Source: Thermoproteota archaeon
GTDB lineage: Archaea > Thermoproteota > Methanomethylicia > Culexarchaeales > Culexarchaeaceae
Assembly (NCBI GenBank): GCA_020833005.1
Contig: JAJHRD010000002.1
Span: 70,287-134,286, forward strand
Length of the DNA: 64,000 nucleotides
Direction of reading: 5' to 3'
Position numbers and translations under genes: made by a program. Positions 40,463-50,386 of the stretch are shown here, piece by piece. Under the pieces are notes generated by a model that was given only the letters and a program-made list of their open reading frames with translations, searched no databases and was not told where the DNA came from. The number at the start of each line of letters is the position of its first letter. Within the stretch, counting starts at the first letter, position 1.

Positions 40463-41641
40463 ATGGAAACATTAACTAAAGAAGAAATATTTAAAGAGAT
40501 AGATAAATTAAGCAACATACTTCCAGTATCAATAATTGAAGAATTAAAAGTAAAGCTTCAAAACATCAAACTCACAAAGGAAACTTTAAAAAAGATATTA
40601 GATAGGGTTGTAAACGAATATCTCAATTCACTTGTAGAACCAGGAGAACCCGTAGGGGCGGTGGCAGCACAATCCGTAGGTGAACCAAGCACACAAATGA
40701 CCCTCAGAACATTCCACTATGCAGGAGTCAGAGAATTCAATGTAACATTAGGATTACCAAGATTAATAGAAGTATTAGATGCCAGAAGAAACCCATCAAC
40801 ACCAATGATGACAATATACCTAGATGAAGAACACAAGTATGATGAAGAGAAAGCAAAGGAAGTAGCGAGAATGATAGAAACGACATACATTGAAAACATC
40901 ATAAAGAATGTTGAAATAGATTTTGTATCTGCATCAATAACATTATTAATGGATTTAGAAGTAATGAGAGACAAAGGGATAGACATAGAAAACGTAGTCA
41001 ACGTCATTGAAAAAATGAATATAGGAGAAGTAGAGGTGCAAGGAGAAGACAAGATAATCATACATACGAACATATATGAAATAAATAGGTTACAGAAGAT
41101 AAAGAATAGGATAATGAGTACAAAGGTAAAGGGAGTAAAAGGGATAAATCGTGTAATAGTGAGAAAAGAAAAGAACGAATATGTGCTATACACTGAAGGA
41201 TCAAATTTAGCTGCAGTACTTAGGATAAAGGGGGTGGACGCAACTAGAGTTTACACAAACAATATACATGAAATAGAAGAAGTCTTGGGGATAGAGGCTG
41301 CGAGAAATGCCATAATAAAGGAAGCTATGGGAGTTTTAGAGGAACAAGGGTTAGATGTTGATATAAGACATGTAATGTTAATAGCAGACATGATGACTGC
41401 AGATGGAACAATTAAACAAATAGGTAGACATGGCGTAAGTGGGGAAAAACCAAGCGTATTAGCAAGAGCAGCATTCGAAGTAACAATTAACCATCTACTT
41501 GAGGCAAGTGTACGCGGTGAAAAAGACGAACTACTTGGAGTCACGGAAAACGTAATAGTTGGACAAATAGTACCAGTAGGTACTGGGATAGTTCAAATGC
41601 TTATGACTATGAGAAGTGCAAAAAATGAAGGGAAAAATTAA
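40463..41641 (+). CDS. rpoA2: DNA-directed RNA polymerase subunit A''
   Basis: 392 aa. Rpb1 C-terminal third (trigger loop / jaw region). Confidence 0.95.
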   Translation: METLTKEEIFKEIDKLSNILPVSIIEELKVKLQNIKLTKETLKKILDRVVNEYLNSLVEPGEPVGAVAAQSVGEPSTQMTLRTFHYAGVREFNVTLGLPRLIEVLDARRNPSTPMMTIYLDEEHKYDEEKAKEVARMIETTYIENIIKNVEIDFVSASITLLMDLEVMRDKGIDIENVVNVIEKMNIGEVEVQGEDKIIIHTNIYEINRLQKIKNRIMSTKVKGVKGINRVIVRKEKNEYVLYTEGSNLAAVLRIKGVDATRVYTNNIHEIEEVLGIEAARNAIIKEAMGVLEEQGLDVDIRHVMLIADMMTADGTIKQIGRHGVSGEKPSVLARAAFEVTINHLLEASVRGEKDELLGVTENVIVGQIVPVGTGIVQMLMTMRSAKNEGKN

Positions 41642-41707
41642 ATTAACCCTTATGCATTTTAAATATGAAGCCAAAAGTGAACTTGAAGTGCTTGGACGTG
41701 AGAAGCA

Positions 41708-42031
41708 ATGTCAATAAAAATAGAAAAAGAACTTCAAGTAATAGCTAAAACGGGAAAAATGGTGTTTGGATCAAAAAGCGCTATAAAGAATGCCAAACTT
41801 GGAAAGGCAAAAATGATAATAATTTCATCAACAATACCAGAAGACATAAAAGCTGACATACAATACTACTCAAAGCTTTCACGCATACCAGTAATTGAAT
41901 TCAAAGGATCAAGCTGGGATCTTGGAGCAGCATGCGGAAAACCATATATGATATCAGCAATATCAATACTTGACTTCGGAGAATCCGAAATACAAAAATT
42001 GGTGGAAGGTGATGCAAAATCCCAAGCATAA
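41708..42031 (+). CDS. rpl30e: 50S ribosomal protein L30e
   Basis: 107 aa. L30e/L7Ae fold (GKMVFGSKSAIKNAKLGKAKMIIIS). Confidence 0.85.
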   Translation: MSIKIEKELQVIAKTGKMVFGSKSAIKNAKLGKAKMIIISSTIPEDIKADIQYYSKLSRIPVIEFKGSSWDLGAACGKPYMISAISILDFGESEIQKLVEGDAKSQA

Positions 42032-42033
42032 AA

Positions 42034-42453
42034 TTGACAATAGATGAAATGAATTACATAGCATTATTCGAAAGCGTAACCGGAGCAGTCACAAAGGATT
42101 GCATAATAGATGAAAATAATGATAGGATTATATTCATAGTCAGACAAGGGGATATGGGACTAGCTATAGGCAAAGGAGGGATAAACGTAAAAAGGTTGAA
42201 AAACATATTGAATAAGAACATAGAAGTTGTTGAATATGCGGAAGACCCTGAAACCCTAATTAAACATGCCTTAGCACCAGCAAGGGTAAAAAGTGTAAAA
42301 ATCATGAAAACACCAGACGGCCAAAAGACGGCTTACGTAACAGTTGAACCTCAAGATAAAGGTATAGCCATTGGAAAAGATGGCAAAAATATTTTAAAAG
42401 CAAAATTAATTGCAAAAAGATACTTCGACATAGAGAAGATAGTTATGCTATAA
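42034..42453 (+). CDS. nusA: Transcription termination/antitermination protein NusA-like (KH domains)
   Basis: 139 aa. Two KH motifs (LAIGKGGINVKRL; IAIGKDGKNILKA). Confidence 0.85.
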   Translation: MTIDEMNYIALFESVTGAVTKDCIIDENNDRIIFIVRQGDMGLAIGKGGINVKRLKNILNKNIEVVEYAEDPETLIKHALAPARVKSVKIMKTPDGQKTAYVTVEPQDKGIAIGKDGKNILKAKLIAKRYFDIEKIVML

Positions 42454-42488
42454 GGATTTATAAATTGTGTGGCAACATAATTTAATCC

Positions 42489-43211
42489 ATGAACAATAAT
42501 GCTAATTTCATATCTTCAAAAGCAATCTATAAAGATGTAATATTCGAAGGAAAATGTATAATTCTTGGACAAACAAAAATAGGATCCAACACTATTATAG
42601 GGGAGGGAAGCATAATAGGCTACCCTACAAAAGCCAGCATAAAGGAGCTAATTAAATTAAAAGAGGTAAGCTGGCTAAAATATGACGAGGTAAGTGTAGG
42701 TGCAATTATAGGTGAAAATAGCATAATACGTTCAGGGACAATAATATATGAGCATGTGAGCATCGGAGATAATTTTGAGGGAGGTCATGGAATATTAATA
42801 AGAGAAAATACAACTATAGGGAGAAACGTAAGAATAGGTACCAACACTGTGATAGATGGATATGTAAAAATAGGGAACAACGTAAATATACAAACAGCAG
42901 TATATATACCACCAAAATGTGTAATAGAAGACGATGTATTTATAGCACCAAGAGTTTGCTTTACTAATGATAAGTATCCACCAAGTAAAAGGTTATGTGG
43001 AGTTACCGTTAAAAGGGGGGCTGTTCTCGGAGCAAATTGCACATTAATTTCAGGAATAACTATAGGCGAAAATGCGGTGGTAGCTGCTGGAGCTGTTGTT
43101 ACAAAAGATGTGCCAAGTAACGTTGTTGTAGCAGGGGTACCTGCCAGAATTATTTCAACTAGGAAGGAATTCGATGATAAGAAGAGCATGTGGGAAATTG
43201 AATTTACCTAA
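42489..43211 (+). CDS. Hexapeptide-repeat (left-handed beta-helix) acyl/acetyltransferase
   Basis: 240 aa. Tandem [LIV]G..... hexapeptide repeats throughout. Sits at an atypical position inside the RNAP/ribosomal operon. Confidence 0.7.
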   Translation: MNNNANFISSKAIYKDVIFEGKCIILGQTKIGSNTIIGEGSIIGYPTKASIKELIKLKEVSWLKYDEVSVGAIIGENSIIRSGTIIYEHVSIGDNFEGGHGILIRENTTIGRNVRIGTNTVIDGYVKIGNNVNIQTAVYIPPKCVIEDDVFIAPRVCFTNDKYPPSKRLCGVTVKRGAVLGANCTLISGITIGENAVVAAGAVVTKDVPSNVVVAGVPARIISTRKEFDDKKSMWEIEFT

Positions 43212-43644
43212 CAGGCTTTTGTTTCTTACCTTTCAATAGCGCATCTAAGGATACTCCATTAACCTTTATAACCTTATATCTAACTCCGGGAAGATCACCG
43301 TAAGCCTTCCCCATAGACCCACCTATACCCTCTATAATTACTTCATCGTGCTCTTCAATGAAATTGAGCGACCCATCCTTAGGTAAGAAGGCTGTTACTT
43401 GCTTACCATTCTTTATAAGTTGAACTCTAACGCACTTCCTAACAGCAGAGTTCGGCTGTCTACTCTCTATACCAACCTTTTCAATTACTATCCCCCTAGC
43501 TTGAGGAGCTCCTTCCAGGGGATCTGCTTTAATGTCGAGCATTAACATCCTTCTCTTGTAGTCTCTCTGCTTCCACCTGAACTTTTTCCTCTTAGCCTTA
43601 AGCTTTCTTGCAGCATATAGTCCACGAGGGGATTTTGAACCCAA
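43204..43644 (-). CDS. rps12: 30S ribosomal protein S12
   Basis: 146 aa. [25 protein letters not shown] and the [14 protein letters not shown] core. Encoded on the opposite strand from nusA/rps7. Confidence 0.9.
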   Translation of the reverse strand: MGSKSPRGLYAARKLKAKRKKFRWKQRDYKRRMLMLDIKADPLEGAPQARGIVIEKVGIESRQPNSAVRKCVRVQLIKNGKQVTAFLPKDGSLNFIEEHDEVIIEGIGGSMGKAYGDLPGVRYKVIKVNGVSLDALLKGKKQKPVR

Positions 43645-43739
43645 GATCCCACCTTAAATAACACAACTTTAAATTAATTCACGGAATCTTGCATTTAAAT
43701 ATTTTTCTTAGTGTAAAAAGTGATGTTAGGATTGTTTTA

Positions 43740-44699
43740 TTAAACGTTTTCACATCTATCCTTCAGGTCCTCCCAAACTGCATCCACATATTCCTGCAAC
43801 TTCTTTATTACCCATTGATTTTGTGGAGTGAATAGATGACTGAATCTACCTTGAACTTTAAGGAATTCCTCTATTGGCTTCTTCATTTCTGGATTTTTAG
43901 CTATCATTAAGCTTCTATCAGTTAACCTATATACACCATTATCATACTCCCATAGTGGGAAGTAACATGTTTCAACAGCTTTTCTGCAAATATCAATGGT
44001 TAAAGCCTCGCTATGCCTCCATCCTCTTGGGCATGGTGATAATGCATGTATAAATGTTGGACCATTAACTTCAAGAGCTTTCCTAGCCTTCCTAATTAGA
44101 TCTAGGTAATGTGCAGGAGTCGCTGTGGCAACATATGGCACCTTATGCGCAACAACTATATCTGCTATTGGCTTCTTATTTTCAGATTTACCTGGAATAA
44201 CCTTTCCAGCAGGCGTTGTGGTTGTCGATGCTCCAAGCGGTGTCCCCCCACTTCTCTGAATTCCAGTATTCATGTAAGCTTCATTATCGAGCAGAACATA
44301 TAGGAAATCATGCCCTCTTTCTAATGCCCCACTCAATGCTTGTATCCCTATATCGTAAGTTCCACCATCCCCTGCAAAGGCTATGACATCTATATGATCA
44401 TACTTGCTCCTCCCCTTCTCACGTAGAATTTTTGAGGCTGCTTCTATCCCAGAGGCCACGGCAGCAACGTTTTCAAAAGCCACATGAATCCAAGGAACAT
44501 TCCAAGATGTGTATGGGTAGATTGTGGTTGAAACCTCAAGACAACCTGTGGCTGTTGCCACTATAGTAGGCCCCCTAGTGGCGAGCAAAATTTGCTTAAC
44601 TATTATGGGCTCAGCGCATCCAGCACACAACCTATGACCTGAAAGCAACCCAAGAGGTTTCTTTGCAGCTTCCCTAATATTAAATCTGAATGTACTCAT
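43740..44699 (-). CDS. porB: Pyruvate/2-oxoacid:ferredoxin oxidoreductase beta subunit (TPP-binding)
   Basis: 319 aa. TPP-binding GDG (IAFAGDGGTYDIG), CPGC-type Cys residues and C-terminal conserved blocks. Confidence 0.85.
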   Translation of the reverse strand: MSTFRFNIREAAKKPLGLLSGHRLCAGCAEPIIVKQILLATRGPTIVATATGCLEVSTTIYPYTSWNVPWIHVAFENVAAVASGIEAASKILREKGRSKYDHIDVIAFAGDGGTYDIGIQALSGALERGHDFLYVLLDNEAYMNTGIQRSGGTPLGASTTTTPAGKVIPGKSENKKPIADIVVAHKVPYVATATPAHYLDLIRKARKALEVNGPTFIHALSPCPRGWRHSEALTIDICRKAVETCYFPLWEYDNGVYRLTDRSLMIAKNPEMKKPIEEFLKVQGRFSHLFTPQNQWVIKKLQEYVDAVWEDLKDRCENV

Positions 44700-44700
44700 A

Positions 44701-45912
44701 TCACCTCACCCCCAAGAATTTGACTTCCCCACCTTCCAATTTTGGCAATTCCTCAAACATCTTTTCAATTAAAGCTGGCGGCGTATCTCTGCCTCCCAAG
44801 CCATATATGTAATTGACAATTTTAGGTTTCCTTTTACTATTATAGAATGCTGCTAGAGTTTCAACGAAAACAGGACCTCCTATACCACCATAAGCTCCAC
44901 TTCTATCCATAACACCAATAACTTCAACATCCTTTAAAGCGTCAACAATCTCCCTGTACGGAAATGGTCTAAAAGTTCTGAGCCTAAGCACACCAACCTT
45001 CTTACCTCTACCTCTAAGTTTTTTAACAATACTTCTAACAGTACCAGCCGTAGACCCTAAAACTATAACTGCCAATTCAGCATCATCTAAACCATATCCA
45101 TCTATAAACCCATCACCATACCTTCTACCACTAATACCATAATATTCATCATGGATCTCTCTTATAACAGATCTAGACTTCTCCATAGCTTCATGTTGCT
45201 GAACTTTATGCTCAAAGTAGTAGTCATATAGATCCAGCGAACCAAATGTCAGTGGCTTCTCAGGATCTAAAACCATTGGAACCTTCCCCATCCCTGGAAC
45301 CTCTATCTCCACAGGCTTCCTCACACCAACGAATCTTCTCACAACATCATCCGGAAGCACCTCAACCCTCTGCAATGTATGACTAATCGTGAAACCATCT
45401 ATCGTCACCATCACTGGTAACTGAACATCCTCATGCTCAGCTATCCTGAAGGCTTGAATTATGGTATCGTAGGCTTCTTGAGCATCCTCACAGTACATCT
45501 GTATCCAGCAGGAATCCCTACATCCCATGCTATCACTATGATCACAATGTATATTTATTGGTGCAGACAACGCCCTATTAACGACAGCCATAACTATTGG
45601 AAGCCTAAGCCCAGAAGCTATATATAGTATTTCCCACATTAAAGCCAAACCCTGTGAAGATGTGGCTGTGAAAGTTCTTGCACCTAAAGCTGCAGCACCA
45701 ACGCAAACACTCAATGCTGAATGCTCAGATTCCACTGGAACGAAAGAGCATTTAACCTCACCATCAGCAACAAATTCCGAGAACCTTTCAACTATTATGG
45801 TTTGTGGAGTTATTGGATATGCTGACACAACATCAACATCACATTGCTTAACAGCGAAGGCTATAGCCTCATTACCATTAAGCCCCATAACAATCTTATC
45901 CATCACCCTCAC
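44701..45912 (-). CDS. porA: Pyruvate/2-oxoacid:ferredoxin oxidoreductase alpha subunit
   Basis: 403 aa. N-terminal GNEAIAFAV...VSAYPITPQT and the overall domain order are typical of PorA. Confidence 0.85.
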   Translation of the reverse strand: MRVMDKIVMGLNGNEAIAFAVKQCDVDVVSAYPITPQTIIVERFSEFVADGEVKCSFVPVESEHSALSVCVGAAALGARTFTATSSQGLALMWEILYIASGLRLPIVMAVVNRALSAPINIHCDHSDSMGCRDSCWIQMYCEDAQEAYDTIIQAFRIAEHEDVQLPVMVTIDGFTISHTLQRVEVLPDDVVRRFVGVRKPVEIEVPGMGKVPMVLDPEKPLTFGSLDLYDYYFEHKVQQHEAMEKSRSVIREIHDEYYGISGRRYGDGFIDGYGLDDAELAVIVLGSTAGTVRSIVKKLRGRGKKVGVLRLRTFRPFPYREIVDALKDVEVIGVMDRSGAYGGIGGPVFVETLAAFYNSKRKPKIVNYIYGLGGRDTPPALIEKMFEELPKLEGGEVKFLGVR

Positions 45913-46184
45913 CCTCTCACCATACTAATACATTTAACTGGGCATTCATTGGCACATATACCGCACCCCTTACAATAATCATGTTTCTCACGGACTCTCT
46001 CACCATCCCATTCCATAGCCATATCTGGGCAAAGGATCCAGCATATTAAACACTTAGTACACTTAGTTTGATCTATCTTCGGTTTAAATGGAGACCAATC
46101 TCCAGTTTTATTTTCAATGGAAAGCTTCCAAGCAACCCCACCTATGGGTATTTCCCTCCAACTCTTAAGTTCACTCAACTCCAC
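45909..46184 (-). CDS. porD: Pyruvate:ferredoxin oxidoreductase delta subunit (2x[4Fe-4S] ferredoxin)
   Basis: Two CxxCxxCxxxCP clusters (CTKCLICWILCP, CKGCGICANECP). The GTG/TTG start probably overlaps the porG stop by a few nt; the ORF-track ATG start at 46220 would overlap porG by 50 nt. Confidence 0.7.
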   Translation of the reverse strand: MELSELKSWREIPIGGVAWKLSIENKTGDWSPFKPKIDQTKCTKCLICWILCPDMAMEWDGERVREKHDYCKGCGICANECPVKCISMVRG

Positions 46185-46737
46185 CCACCCCCCTAGTCTC
46201 AGAATAAGCTCTCTCCACAACTTTAATATTCAATTCAGCAACTTTAGCTGGAAACCTCTCCCTTAAAACCTCTTTAACACTATCTAAACTTACAATCCTA
46301 ACAACTCTAAGGAGACCACCAATCATGGCAGTATTGGTTATTGGTCTCCCCAGAATTTCCAAGGCTATCTCAGTGGCTGGAGTCGTATAAACAGTCTGTC
46401 TACCAGATATCCTCAACATTTTGAGGATATTTTTAGGATCCTCCTTTGAATTAACTATAACCTTCCCCTCACTTTTCAACCCCTCAGTTACATTCAATGA
46501 TTGCAATAAGGAATCATCTAAGACTATGACTACGTCAGGCTCGTAGATATTGCAGTGCAACTCAATAGGCTCATCACTAATCCTTGTGAATGCCATTACA
46601 GGAGCACCCATCCTCTCAGGACCAAATGTTGGAAAGGACTGCACATACTTCCCCTCCTTCAAAGCTGCTTGAGCAAGTATGTTACTTGCAGTCCAAGCGC
46701 CCTGTCCACCCCTACCATACCATACCAGCTCCAACAT
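46171..46737 (-). CDS. porG: Pyruvate:ferredoxin oxidoreductase gamma subunit
   Basis: Start trimmed to MLELVWYGRGGQGAWTAS, the canonical PorG N-terminus (hGRGGQG). Upstream ORF-track residues are hydrophobic noise. Confidence 0.75.
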   Translation of the reverse strand: MLELVWYGRGGQGAWTASNILAQAALKEGKYVQSFPTFGPERMGAPVMAFTRISDEPIELHCNIYEPDVVIVLDDSLLQSLNVTEGLKSEGKVIVNSKEDPKNILKMLRISGRQTVYTTPATEIALEILGRPITNTAMIGGLLRVVRIVSLDSVKEVLRERFPAKVAELNIKVVERAYSETRGVGGVE

Positions 46738-46898
46738 ACCCCTCACACGTAAGTCATGTAAAAACTTATAAGGTGGATTAACATAAACCTTTTTATTCCC
46801 AATACATAAATAGAATAACAATATTAAACAACTGAAGGTACTGACAAAATTTAAATTATAGTTCACACCCTTTTTCATGATGAAAAAGTGGTGGAAAA

Positions 46899-47477
46899 TT
46901 GAGTGCGCAACAAACGGAGATAAAGCTCTTCGACAAGTGGAGTTTCCATGATGTAGAAGTTAAAGATCCAGGGCTGAGAAGGTACATATGTTTAAAGCCA
47001 GTCTACATTCCACATACTGGAGGTAGGCATGAGCATAAGAAATTCGGAAAAGCAGAAGTACCGATAGTTGAAAGATTAATAAATAAATTGATGAGGCCGG
47101 GTAAGAATATGGGTAAGAAGCATCTTGCAACAAACATAGTTAAACAAGCCTTTGAAATAATACATTTAAGCACAGGTGAAAATCCAATACAAGTACTGGT
47201 TAGAGCTATAGAGAATTCAGCTCCAAGAGAAGAGACCACCAGAATAATGTATGGTGGAATAGTTTACCATCAATCAGTGGATGTATCACCACTCAGAAGA
47301 CTAAACTTAGCATTAAAGTTCATAACTGAAGGTGCGAGAAGCGCGGCTTTTGGAAACCCAAAAAGCATAGAAGAAGCTTTGGCTGAAGAGATTATAAAGG
47401 CAGCAAAATCAGATCCATCATCATACGCTATACAGAAGAAGGAGGAAATAGAAAGGATAGCTTTAGCTTCAAGGTAA
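46899..47477 (+). CDS. rps7: 30S ribosomal protein S7
   Basis: 192 aa. S7 motifs ([11 protein letters not shown]...[15 protein letters not shown]). Confidence 0.9.
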   Translation: MSAQQTEIKLFDKWSFHDVEVKDPGLRRYICLKPVYIPHTGGRHEHKKFGKAEVPIVERLINKLMRPGKNMGKKHLATNIVKQAFEIIHLSTGENPIQVLVRAIENSAPREETTRIMYGGIVYHQSVDVSPLRRLNLALKFITEGARSAAFGNPKSIEEALAEEIIKAAKSDPSSYAIQKKEEIERIALASR

Positions 47478-47548
47478 ACTTAATTTAAGACCACAAAAAA
47501 CTTAAATATGAAAGTAATTCACTAATTTGCGAGAGAGGAGATTGTAAT

Positions 47549-48844
47549 ATGTCTGAAAAGCCACATCTAAACATTGTGGTAATAGGTCATGTAGACCACG
47601 GTAAAAGCACAACAATGGGACACCTACTATACCTAACGGGAAACATAGATGAACGTACAATGAAGACTTTAGAAGAAGAATCTGAAAAGATGGGTAAAGG
47701 ATCCTTCAAATTCGCATGGGTCATGGATAAATTGAAGGAAGAGAGGGAGAGGGGATTAACAATAGACTTATCCTTCTGGAGATTTGAAACGCCAAAATAC
47801 TACTTCACAATAATCGATGCCCCAGGACATAGAGACTTCGTAAAAAACATGATAACAGGAGCTTCACAAGCAGATGCAGCTATACTAGTGGTATCAGCTA
47901 AGAAAGGGGAGTACGAAGCAGGCATGGGCGCAGCAGGACAAACAAGAGAACATGCATTCCTAGCAAAAACGCTAGGTATAGATCAGCTCGTTGTAGCAAT
48001 AAACAAAATGGATGACCCAACAGTAAACTACAGTAAAGAAAGGTACGAAGAGGTTAAGACTGGAGTAGGTAAATTCCTAAGAATGATAGGATATGATATA
48101 AACAAAATCGATTTCATACCAATATCCGGATGGTATGGAGACAACTTGGTAACAAGAAGTGATAAAATGCCCTGGTATAACGGACCAACACTAGTAGAAG
48201 CATTGGACAAACTCACAGAACCCCCAAGACCAATAGACAAACCATTAAGAATACCAGTACAAGACGTTTACACGATTTCAGGTGTTGGAACAGTACCAGT
48301 AGGCCGCGTTGAAACTGGAGTATTAAAAGTTGGAGACACCGTACTATTCCTACCAGCCAAGAAGAGTGGTGAAGTTAGAAGTATAGAGATGCATCACCAA
48401 CCACTACAAAAGGCAATACCGGGAGACAACATTGGATTCAACGTGAGAGGTATATCAAAGGAGGATATAAGGAGGGGGCATGTATGCTGCCACCCCACAA
48501 ACCCAGTTAAAGTTGCTAAATCATTCATTGGAAGAATATTTGTGTTATACCATCCAACAGCCATAGCCGCAGGGTACACACCAGTCCTACACATACACAC
48601 AGCAACCGTGGCTGTGAGATTCGATCAACTACTAAAGAAGATAGATCCAAGATCTGGTGCAACAATAGAGGAAAATCCATCATTCCTAAAGCAAGGTGAT
48701 GCAGCGATAGTTAAATTCGTACCACTAAAACCAGTATGCATGGAGAAGTATGCAGATATCCCACAACTAGGTAGATTTGCCATAAGAGATATGGGAAGAA
48801 CAATAGCTGCAGGAATAGTAATGGATATAGAAGAAGAGAAGTAA
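47549..48844 (+). CDS. tuf: Elongation factor 1-alpha
   Basis: 431 aa. GTPase G1-G4 (GHVDHGKST, DAPGH, NKMD) and EF-Tu domains II/III. Confidence 0.95.
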   Translation: MSEKPHLNIVVIGHVDHGKSTTMGHLLYLTGNIDERTMKTLEEESEKMGKGSFKFAWVMDKLKEERERGLTIDLSFWRFETPKYYFTIIDAPGHRDFVKNMITGASQADAAILVVSAKKGEYEAGMGAAGQTREHAFLAKTLGIDQLVVAINKMDDPTVNYSKERYEEVKTGVGKFLRMIGYDINKIDFIPISGWYGDNLVTRSDKMPWYNGPTLVEALDKLTEPPRPIDKPLRIPVQDVYTISGVGTVPVGRVETGVLKVGDTVLFLPAKKSGEVRSIEMHHQPLQKAIPGDNIGFNVRGISKEDIRRGHVCCHPTNPVKVAKSFIGRIFVLYHPTAIAAGYTPVLHIHTATVAVRFDQLLKKIDPRSGATIEENPSFLKQGDAAIVKFVPLKPVCMEKYADIPQLGRFAIRDMGRTIAAGIVMDIEEEK

Positions 48845-48866
48845 ACGAAGATAACCAGCGAAATAG

Positions 48867-49184
48867 GTGAAGAAATTGGTTAGAAAAGCGAGGATAAAGC
48901 TTTCCAGCACCAATCACCAAAAATTGATGGAAGTATGTGAGGAAATAAAGAGGATTGCAAAAACCACGGGAGTAAGAATAGCTGGACCAATACCATTACC
49001 AACCAAGAGACTAGTAATACCAGTAATGAGAACTCCCTGCGGAGATGGAACAAAAACTTGGGACAAATATGAAATGAGAATACATAAAAGGATAATAGAT
49101 ATAGATGCCGATGAGAGGACAATGCGCCAAATAATGAGGATAAGAGTTCCACCCGAAGTCAAAATAGAGATTGAATTGACATAA
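48867..49184 (+). CDS. rps10: 30S ribosomal protein S10
   Basis: 105 aa. [20 protein letters not shown] and [10 protein letters not shown] match S10/S20e. Probable GTG start. Confidence 0.85.
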   Translation: MKKLVRKARIKLSSTNHQKLMEVCEEIKRIAKTTGVRIAGPIPLPTKRLVIPVMRTPCGDGTKTWDKYEMRIHKRIIDIDADERTMRQIMRIRVPPEVKIEIELT

Positions 49185-49204
49185 ATTACGAGGAAATATA
49201 CCCA

Positions 49205-49224
49205 TACCCCCTTTTTTAATTTTG
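49205..49224 (+). terminator. Oligo-T tract (archaeal intrinsic-terminator-like) downstream of rps10
   Basis: CCCCCTTTTTTAATTTT directly after the last gene of the + strand ribosomal block. Confidence 0.3.
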
Positions 49225-49263
49225 AATACTTTATTTTGTTAAGGGTTAAATAAAGCATTATGA

Positions 49264-49363
49264 CGCCGGGGGCGGGATTCGAACCCGCGCGGCCTCAAAG
49301 GCCATCGGCTTTTCGCGGAAGACTTAGCAAGCCGACGCCCTAACCAGACTAGGCGACCCCGGC
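49264..49363 (-). tRNA. tRNA-Ser (anticodon GCT) with about 14-nt anticodon-loop intron and a long variable arm
   Basis: Reverse complement gives acceptor GCCGGGG/CCCCGGC. D-stem GCCT/GGGC. Anticodon stem TCGGC/GCCGA with loop UUGCUA-[intron]-A. 16-nt variable arm. T-arm GCGGG-TTCGAAT-CCCGC. Confidence 0.75.
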
Positions 49364-49411
49364 CCAAATATAGCTTTAAGAAAAGTTTCTTTTATCTGTT
49401 TCCTTCAAAAT

Positions 49412-50386
49412 ATGTGGAGATGTATGTATAAAGTTATTGACTTATTCTGTGGTTGCGGAGGATTTGCAAGAGGATTCGTGGAGGAAGGGTTTGAAATATT
49501 GTTAGGTATAGATATAGATGAGAATTCACTAGCTACATATTCCAGTAATGTAAAAGGAGCCATTACATGGAGGATGGATTTAAGGGAAGTACACTCACAA
49601 GACATAACAAACATCATAGGCTCAAGCCCAGATGTGATCATAGGAAGCCCTCCATGCGAACCATTCACACCAGTTAACCATAAAAGAATGAAGAATGAGC
49701 TTGACAGACTATACATAGATGAAATGGGAAAACTAACATTACACTTCATACGTATAGTTGGAGATTTAAAACCAAAAATTTTCGTAATGGAAAACGTCCC
49801 ACAAATAGTTGAAGGAGAATTGAAGTGGGCATTAAAGTGGGAATTCAACAGAGTTGGATATAAGAGGGTATACTTCAATATACTCAGAGCAGAAGATTCA
49901 CAAACACCATCAATTAGAAGACGAATTTTCATATCAAACATACCAATTAAAATTAAACGTGAAAGTAAAAGGGTAAATGTGGAAGAAGCTCTGAGGGGAT
50001 TACCAGACCCGGAGGAGATGATAGACTACCCCAATCATGAAATAACACCATTAACTGAAAAGAAGATTAAGAAGATAGCTAAGCTAAGGTGGGGGGATGC
50101 TTTAATATTATTTAAGGGAGCTGATGGAAAAATATATAGGAATATGATTAGACTACATCCAAAACGGCTTGCACCAACGGTTATGGGAGGATCAAGATTT
50201 ATACATCCATACGAAAATAGGTTATTAACCGTTAGGGAGCAGGCGAGGCTAATGGGATTTCCAGACACCCACATATTCTACGGCTCAAGGGAAGAACAAT
50301 ACAACCAAATTGGAGAAGCTGTCCCTCCAACATTATCTAGGGCTATTGCGAAACAAATTAAAAGAGTACTTGATGAGGGATGGTAA
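49412..50386 (+). CDS. dcm: DNA (cytosine-5)-methyltransferase
   Basis: 324 aa. Motif I DLFCGCGGF, motif IV GSPPCEPFT (catalytic Cys), motif VI ENV, motif VIII Q..R.R region, motif IX/X (LLTVREQARLMGFPD...GEAVPP). Confidence 0.8.
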   Translation: MWRCMYKVIDLFCGCGGFARGFVEEGFEILLGIDIDENSLATYSSNVKGAITWRMDLREVHSQDITNIIGSSPDVIIGSPPCEPFTPVNHKRMKNELDRLYIDEMGKLTLHFIRIVGDLKPKIFVMENVPQIVEGELKWALKWEFNRVGYKRVYFNILRAEDSQTPSIRRRIFISNIPIKIKRESKRVNVEEALRGLPDPEEMIDYPNHEITPLTEKKIKKIAKLRWGDALILFKGADGKIYRNMIRLHPKRLAPTVMGGSRFIHPYENRLLTVREQARLMGFPDTHIFYGSREEQYNQIGEAVPPTLSRAIAKQIKRVLDEGW

